A stretch of DNA of 64,000 nucleotides, from contig OY771587.1 in the NCBI GenBank assembly GCA_963674825.1, forward strand, positions 2,176,001 to 2,240,000, given 5' to 3'. The position numbers were made by a program, and so were the translations under genes. The DNA comes from Candidatus Cloacimonadales bacterium. Its GTDB lineage: Bacteria; Cloacimonadota; Cloacimonadia; Cloacimonadales; JAIOQZ01. A model generated the notes under the pieces. That model was not told where the DNA came from, did no database searches, and worked only from the letters and a program-made list of their open reading frames with translations. Shown piece by piece: positions 59,001 to 64,000 of this stretch (position 1 is the stretch's first letter; the number at the start of each line of letters is the position of its first letter).

Positions 59001-61425
59001 TGACAGTCACGTAGAATGAGGATGTTTCACCCGGATCAAGAGCACCGTTACCGCCATCGGATACGGTCATGCCAGTCACATCCAGGTCAACACCACGGAT
59101 CGGGATCCAGAACTTCACATCGCCCTGATTCGGGATGCTGAGCGTGAATTCCACGTCGTGGAAATCGGGGCAGTCGGGATGAATGTAGAAACCGAAGTCA
59201 TCCTGGCATTCTGCCGTACCACCAACGCTAATGGTACCGAAATCTTCCTCGTCATCGGTGATGTCGATATAAGGGTCATCAGTCGAGAGCGTAGCGGTGA
59301 GGTCATTGTAAGCGGAGGTTCCGTAATTCTTGAGGTTTAGGATGAGCTCGACGGTTTCTCCGGGATTAGGATCGCCATCGTCATTACCGATCGATTCTCC
59401 ATTCGAATCGTCGTCGATATCGGTGCCGAACACCGCGATACCACCAGAAGTCTGAACGTTGAATGTGGTCAGAATAGGCAGGTAATCGGGTTTGGTGATG
59501 GTCAGGTTGACATTGCCTGTGACAGAACCGTCGAACATGAGCGTAACGTGGCCGTTCTCATCGGTGTATTCGCTGGTACAGATCGTTTCGTCGGATACAC
59601 GAGCGGTTACCCAAACGCCTTCGAGCGGTTGCGAGAAAGCATCGACTACGTCAACGTCAAGATAGCCCTGGCCTTTCGGAATTTCTGTGTCATACTCGGC
59701 AGTCATCTCGATAGGCATTCCGGCCCAGATGTCGCAAGACGGATCGCCCATGAGGTTACACCAGTGGATGAACACCTGGGTCTGCGTCCAGTTTGCATTC
59801 TGGTAGGTTTGATACATGTGCATCTCACCGCGAACCAGCGCTTCACCCATAGTTCTCATACCGTCTTCGTAGATACCGGCCCAGGTACCGCCAGAGAGGG
59901 TGTTGTTAAACTGCGTGTGGGTTCCAAGCGTTGCCATACCGATGGATGTGATCGCACCGGTTGGGGCGTTGGATGTTCCTGCACGGATAAACAACTCGGT
60001 TCGTGATGTACCTGCGAATGTGCCGGTACCACAGGTGTTGATTACTGTATTGACCAGTCTATTGTAGTTGGTCAGTGAACTGATATGGCTATCGCTGTAA
60101 CCGCTCATGCCTGCGTAGCCGCGATAATTGAACATCACGGTTCCGGCATTCATGGCGTTGTTCATCATGTTCGGTGATGGATCACCGCTGTATAGTTCTG
60201 TGAATGTGAAGTCAGGATGATTATTAAGAATCATCTCTTTGATATTCACGTTGGTGATTTCGCATGAAAGACCTGAAGGCGAAGTGTCGCCCACGAGCAG
60301 GCCCTTCTCGTAGAATTCGGGTTCGTCCATATAGACTTCCCGTTCGTAGATGTTGATCTTGGAAAGATACACCATCATATCATTGATGTTGCTGATTGAG
60401 ATACGACCGATAAACATTTCGGGAAGATAGTCGTTTCCGGCAAGAAGTGTGAATGGGTAGTCACCCTCACCGCCGTATCCACTCAGGTTTTCGGTCCAGG
60501 TGGGAATGTTGAACGTTCCGCCTACGTCGCCGACCAGAACGCAATATTCGGGAGGATATTCCGAGTCCTCATAAACATCCTGGAGGTAATTCTTGATTAA
60601 ATTGGTGGAAGTTCCCGTCTCGGCGGTCGAGGCCAGTGTGACCTTGAATCCCTTATTCCGCTTCCAATCAACAAAGCTATTGATGTATGGCTCAAGAGTA
60701 GAGTTATTGGGATAGACGACAATGATGCTGCGTTTCTGATATTCGGGGTTCTCATCGCGGATCGCTTCGTAGTTAGGGATCATTGCCTGATAGGTTTTCT
60801 CGAAGCTGCGTGAGAGTTTGCGATTGGTGAGAATTTCATTTTCGCCGTTTCCGCCTTCGTTGCGGACATTCAGCTCAACGCGCTTGAACACATGAAGCTC
60901 ACGAGTCTGCGGATTATATTGCATCGGGTTGACGGTTACGGAAGCGACACGGATATCACGCATGATCATCGGTTCGCTGATCTCTACAGATGGCAGATTC
61001 CATTGTTTGCGGCCTTCGTAAAAACCGCGTTCGATGGTGAAATCGGGTTCCGAACCATCCAGACGAATTTCCTGAGCTGGGTAAATGTCCATATCCTGAT
61101 AGACCTGCTCTTCCAGAACAGTCATATCGAGAGAGACATTGCCAGTATTCGGGATCGCGACAAAGGTACTATAGGTCGGGAGTTCGGGGTAGCCGGTTTT
61201 CATGGTATACCCGGTTGATTCCAGATTAAATCGCTGGTATGTTTTTCCGGAAATGGTGACCTGTTTGATTTCGATATCAGGTAAGTTGAATTCGAGCGTC
61301 GTACCAGTGGAGTTGGTCTCAGCTGCTTCAAACGTGATGTCGGATCTGCTTCCGTCGATCTTGCTTGGGACCGCGTAAACAATTGCCGCAATCATGATAA
61401 ATAGGAAAAAGAGGTTCTTCTTCAT
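56008..61425 (-). CDS. C25 (gingipain) family protein with propeptide, multiple Ig domains and FlgD-Ig/T9SS-like tail
   Basis: GYPELP, MRDIRV, P.QYNP propeptide; WKRNKG, LVGD, IGRIS, TCGTG, NLMGDPS; repeated N.NG..(N/D/E)PGE units; SNFPNPFNP tail; GGAG before ATG 61425. Confidence 0.88.
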   Translation of the reverse strand: MKKNLFFLFIMIAAIVYAVPSKIDGSRSDITFEAAETNSTGTTLEFNLPDIEIKQVTISGKTYQRFNLESTGYTMKTGYPELPTYSTFVAIPNTGNVSLDMTVLEEQVYQDMDIYPAQEIRLDGSEPDFTIERGFYEGRKQWNLPSVEISEPMIMRDIRVASVTVNPMQYNPQTRELHVFKRVELNVRNEGGNGENEILTNRKLSRSFEKTYQAMIPNYEAIRDENPEYQKRSIIVVYPNNSTLEPYINSFVDWKRNKGFKVTLASTAETGTSTNLIKNYLQDVYEDSEYPPEYCVLVGDVGGTFNIPTWTENLSGYGGEGDYPFTLLAGNDYLPEMFIGRISISNINDMMVYLSKINIYEREVYMDEPEFYEKGLLVGDTSPSGLSCEITNVNIKEMILNNHPDFTFTELYSGDPSPNMMNNAMNAGTVMFNYRGYAGMSGYSDSHISSLTNYNRLVNTVINTCGTGTFAGTSRTELFIRAGTSNAPTGAITSIGMATLGTHTQFNNTLSGGTWAGIYEDGMRTMGEALVRGEMHMYQTYQNANWTQTQVFIHWCNLMGDPSCDIWAGMPIEMTAEYDTEIPKGQGYLDVDVVDAFSQPLEGVWVTARVSDETICTSEYTDENGHVTLMFDGSVTGNVNLTITKPDYLPILTTFNVQTSGGIAVFGTDIDDDSNGESIGNDDGDPNPGETVELILNLKNYGTSAYNDLTATLSTDDPYIDITDDEEDFGTISVGGTAECQDDFGFYIHPDCPDFHDVEFTLSIPNQGDVKFWIPIRGVDLDVTGMTVSDGGNGALDPGETSSFYVTVKNNGGNDLDDVYATLTALSSKLEIGDSAAYFGDITVNHSASCNTDGFVVTALSTVVTGMTLPVQIHFYNEAGYSEYETFDIPIGIVTETDPLGPDTYGYMCYDSGDTGYYQAPVYDWIEINPSLGGQGTNTGINDDTPEGESVDGIATVNLPFTFRFYGELYDQITISSNGWITMGETEQVTFRNFPIPGPMGPNPMIAAFWDDLQTGDGSIFTYYDVTENYFVIEWSNCRNSADYSTETFEVILFDPAFYPTNSGNGEIKIQYHTFNNVDGNNSNGGSQGNYCTIGLEDGTGLLGLQYSYDNEYPTAAMPLSNGTAILFTGVPLSLENPYLTMGDILMAETNGNGIIEPGETVNFGILLNNVGQGDATNVHATLSSSDPYVDITSTGSFFPDIEGGYSAYGDTYFSLSLSPDAPADHVMAFTLDIDCTGYVWSYDFSRIVRKPQLNVSLCLLNDSEGNGNGNADAGETIVFAIMIENPSEIDALNVFGAMSTNSGYADILTPEQSYGTIKAGSAIQVSYTIDISSATPSETVIPFDLDVTADNMDAVQFNLAIGSGLAPEILEEDFSTWLPEGWSIDEHSENWTSSNSNNAGGTAPEAKLNWSPSFNGISHLTTHSMNLIGATNVSIQFKHSLNDYSGSEYSLGLAMRSDSYNWTTIWEVTPSGSIPPETINVDIPMEMVNTTNIQFGWYLSGNSFNINYWFIDDIVLNAILGNSASISGVVTLDNELIGPETATVSIGDFAVHPDTTGFYMVYVSPSPYEELTGACYFFESASYNDLDLEFGDALEDYDFNLSYFTPPYDLSYVMEDDTIVLDWEYNTDEDRGEQRDERVDFLHFNIYRQIATGSFIELASTEEMTYSEVIDTTRDHQYYVQAVYATGVSDTTNHVSSVDWFPHGVNNGDVPVYVNNLGSNFPNPFNPETTIRFSLANDEKAVLVVYNIKGQRVRTLVNDKLKAGPHSVRWLGKNDAGKSVSSGVYFYKLEAGDYTSVRKMLLLK

Positions 61426-61454
61426 ATTTCCTGCTCCAGGTTCAAGGTGTAAGG

Positions 61455-62528
61455 TCATTCAGCCATGTCCAGTATAACAACTCCATTGTCTCTGGATACG
61501 ACATAGATCAAGCCGTCATAGACGGTTACTTCACGGCAGTAGCCGATTTCGGATGAGTATACGCGCTGAACGAGTTCAGGCGTTGAGGGATCAGTAACGT
61601 CAAAAATAAAGAGGCCGCCGCCGCCCATCGCCACAAACATGTAGTTGTCCATGACATCGACAGAATAGCCGTAACCATAGGACGGATTGTAGCCGGCATC
61701 TTCAAGCAGGGTTGGGTTGGTCGGATCGGAGATGTCGATCACCTGAACACCGTCCTGACGAACTGCGATATAGGCGTAGTTGCCGTTGAGTACGACATCC
61801 AGCGCTTCGCCGGATGTATCGCACCAACCGACTATCTCGAGAGTCGTGCGGCTGAGAATATAGAGTCCGAGTTGCTCGGATGTGATGTAGATATAGTTAT
61901 CGTCCATGGTGAAGTTGTTGGCATCGCCTTCAATGGTGGCTCTTATCGAACCTCTCCAGTAATAGGTGTCCGGGTACAGCGGATAATCAACGTCGATAAA
62001 GCCGTACACAAGATCGGCGTCCTGCGTCCAGAGCACTGCGATTTCGCTGTCCATTGCACCGCCAACCATTGAGTTCGGGATATCCTTCGGGTTTTCCATC
62101 ACGTAGAGGGTGCTGATTCCAAGCGTTCCACCAAGAATTGTCGTGAGGTAAACCAGAGAATCTGGATTCGCCACATCAATCACGAAGATCTCATCGGAAT
62201 TGACAGTATTGTAGAGGAACAGCGCATCGCGGTTCTCGAGATATTGAACCAGTTTTGTGCGCTGAAGACTGTTGTTGTCCAGGTAGTTCTGGCCGGCAAC
62301 TCTTTCGTAGGTCGAACGATCGTACATGGTAAATCCGTTACGATCTTCAGCGACGCAGATGGTGTTCTCGGTTATACTAATGCTTTTAGGATCACCAACG
62401 GCGGGAATGGAGCGAACAATCTGAAAAATGGATTCCTGAGTGTCCGGTGATATCGGATCTTTCTTCTCAGCGCATGACACAATCATTATAATTGCGATGG
62501 CTATCAGGATAAGGCGTTTAATGAACAT
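61455..62528 (-). CDS. LVIVD-repeat lipoprotein
   Basis: Lipobox IVSC; GNYAYIA...GVQVIDISDPTNP, GLFIFDVTDPSTP. Confidence 0.85.
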   Translation of the reverse strand: MFIKRLILIAIAIIMIVSCAEKKDPISPDTQESIFQIVRSIPAVGDPKSISITENTICVAEDRNGFTMYDRSTYERVAGQNYLDNNSLQRTKLVQYLENRDALFLYNTVNSDEIFVIDVANPDSLVYLTTILGGTLGISTLYVMENPKDIPNSMVGGAMDSEIAVLWTQDADLVYGFIDVDYPLYPDTYYWRGSIRATIEGDANNFTMDDNYIYITSEQLGLYILSRTTLEIVGWCDTSGEALDVVLNGNYAYIAVRQDGVQVIDISDPTNPTLLEDAGYNPSYGYGYSVDVMDNYMFVAMGGGGLFIFDVTDPSTPELVQRVYSSEIGYCREVTVYDGLIYVVSRDNGVVILDMAE

Positions 62529-62701
62529 TATAGTCCTCCAGAATGACTTTTTTCTTTGAATATGATGCAAGAAATATTCCGAAATGCAGATTATGGGGAT
62601 TCACGTGGCAAGAAAAAAATGCGATTGGACTATAAGAAAATTCTGCTTGCCATAACGACCATTCAGAAAGATGATATACCAAAATGAAAAAGGAGTGAAC
62701 C

Positions 62702-63127
62702 ATGGAATCCAGAGAAATCGGATTGCATCACATCTTGCGTCTCGATCCGGGCGAAGAGATTGTGTCGTCGATTATCGCTTACTGCGAATGGCATTCAATC
62801 AATCTGGGAACCGTATCAGCTATTGGCGCTGTCAATGAAGTCAAAATCGGATTGTTCGATCCCTCGACGAAGACCTATTCTGCGCAGTTACTCAAAGGTA
62901 ACTTCGAGATTATCGCTCTTTCGGGAAGTGTCACTACGAAGGAAGAACGAGTATATCTTCATCTCCATATCGGTGTGGGCGACGAAGAACATAAAATGTA
63001 TGGTGGTCATCTTGAGAAGGGGATCGTAAGTGCTACTTGCGAGATTTTTATTCACGCCATAGAAGGCGAAGTCGATCGTGCATTCAATGATAATATCGGA
63101 CTGAATCTTCTCGAATTCAAGGATTAG
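62702..63127 (+). CDS. PPC domain (DUF296) protein
   Basis: LRLDPGEEI, AIGA, FEIIALSG, HLHI, GGHL, TCEI. Confidence 0.9.
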   Translation: MESREIGLHHILRLDPGEEIVSSIIAYCEWHSINLGTVSAIGAVNEVKIGLFDPSTKTYSAQLLKGNFEIIALSGSVTTKEERVYLHLHIGVGDEEHKMYGGHLEKGIVSATCEIFIHAIEGEVDRAFNDNIGLNLLEFKD

Positions 63128-63135
63128 GAGCTATC

Positions 63136-63330
63136 ATGAAAAAGCATTGGAAAGAATATCTTATCGGATTCCTTGCCGCATGTCTGCTGTTTACACTTCT
63201 GGGTAGCGGTCAGGCCGGAAACACCGGAAAATATCAGGTTTCGGCAACCAACACCAAGCAATATCCAGCATATATAATCATCGATACCGAAACGGGAGAA
63301 GTGGTCAAGACCGGGTATTTCGGTAATTAA
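63136..63330 (+). CDS. Small exported hypothetical protein
   Basis: AGGAG RBS; N-terminal hydrophobic segment; GKYQ...IDTETG. Confidence 0.6.
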   Translation: MKKHWKEYLIGFLAACLLFTLLGSGQAGNTGKYQVSATNTKQYPAYIIIDTETGEVVKTGYFGN

Positions 63331-63333
63331 TCA

Positions 63334-64000
63334 GTGATTCGCATTGCTGTTCGTAACCTGATCGAGTTCGTTCTGCGGTCGGGTGATTACCGGTACGAGT
63401 TCACCGCGCCGTCCCGGCCCGTGGAGGGAACGAAGGGACATCGACGCGTTCAGAAGTCGCGACCGGAAAACTATCGTAGCGAAGTCGCCGTGTCTCGTGT
63501 ATTTCGCAAAGGCGACCTGGAGATCGAAGTTCAGGGTCGTATCGACGGGATCTACGACGAGGTGCAAGGCCCGGTCATCGACGAGATCAAGACTACCTAT
63601 GGAGAGCTTCCGGACGAGGGATACTCGCTCCACTGGGCACAAGCGAAGTTTTATGCCTGGATAATAATGCTGGAGCATAATCTCGACACCATCGATGTCC
63701 AGCTCACTTACCTGCAACTCGACACCAACCAGACGCTCGAGATACGAAGAACGTTCACGCGAGAAAAGCTTGATACCTTCTGTAACGCAATTCTGGAATC
63801 CTATACTTCTTGGGCGAAGCTGCGTAGCGATTGGGAGATCACGAAGCTTGATTCCGCTGTCGCGCTCGAATTTCCTTTCGATACGTATCGCGAAGGGCAG
63901 CGCGATCTCGCGGTTGGCGTCTGGCGCGCGATAGACGCGGGAAGACGGCTTTACGTACAGGCTCCCACCGGCATCGGCAAGACCATGGGGACCATCTTCC
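63334..64000 (+). CDS. PD-(D/E)XK nuclease-DinG/XPD-family helicase fusion (3' truncated by window edge)
   Basis: Absent from the ORF track. Manual translation from GTG 63334: MIRIAVRNLIEFVLRSGD...G...H...GRIDG...IDEIKT...HWAQAKFY...FPFDTYREGQ...QAPTGIGKT (Q motif plus Walker A). Confidence 0.9.
   Translation, partial: MIRIAVRNLIEFVLRSGDYRYEFTAPSRPVEGTKGHRRVQKSRPENYRSEVAVSRVFRKGDLEIEVQGRIDGIYDEVQGPVIDEIKTTYGELPDEGYSLHWAQAKFYAWIIMLEHNLDTIDVQLTYLQLDTNQTLEIRRTFTREKLDTFCNAILESYTSWAKLRSDWEITKLDSAVALEFPFDTYREGQRDLAVGVWRAIDAGRRLYVQAPTGIGKTMGTIF

Noticed and set aside
63334..64000. Type IV CRISPR csf4/dinG or cas4
   Set aside because: No array or other cas genes in the window; the architecture matches stand-alone repair helicases.
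1..64000. Apparent abundance of ATCGA/CGATCG words
   Set aside because: Cannot be quantified here and is plausibly explained by ATC-GAN codon pairs.

Overview
A 64-kb, gene-dense chromosomal window from an anaerobic, probably proteolytic bacterium. Candidatus Cloacimonadota or a related FCB-associated lineage is inferred from seven secreted proteins ending in an 'NPFNP...YNI(K/R)GQ.V...SG(V/I)YF...K..LLK' FlgD-Ig/T9SS-A-like tail. Recognisable content: [FeFe]-hydrogenase maturation cluster (hydG-aspA-hydE-hydF), hsp20 with a CIRCE box, rocD, a hybrid sensor kinase, feoB with a perfect 15-1-15 Fur-type palindrome, tricorn protease-gpmA, two ECF sigma loci, psd, C10 and C25 cysteine-peptidase-family surface proteins, and a nuclease-DinG/XPD helicase fusion running off the right end. 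The best candidate for an undescribed system is a five-gene membrane operon at 42.4-50.9 kb. It has two paralogous ~1000-aa proteins (large ectodomain plus a DUF6754-like domain), two small polytopic proteins, and a subunit that appears to be a distant homolog of the DUF6754-like domain in the opposite membrane orientation, suggestive of an unknown transporter or translocase. Other leads: a PA2779/PA2778-like precursor plus C39 peptidase cassette, a gingipain-family protein with the catalytic His apparently replaced, a TPR-HisKA protein with no ATPase domain, and several REP-like elements, one inside a coding sequence. No rRNA, tRNA, CRISPR array or transposase was seen. All family names come from motif recognition by eye; no database search was run.
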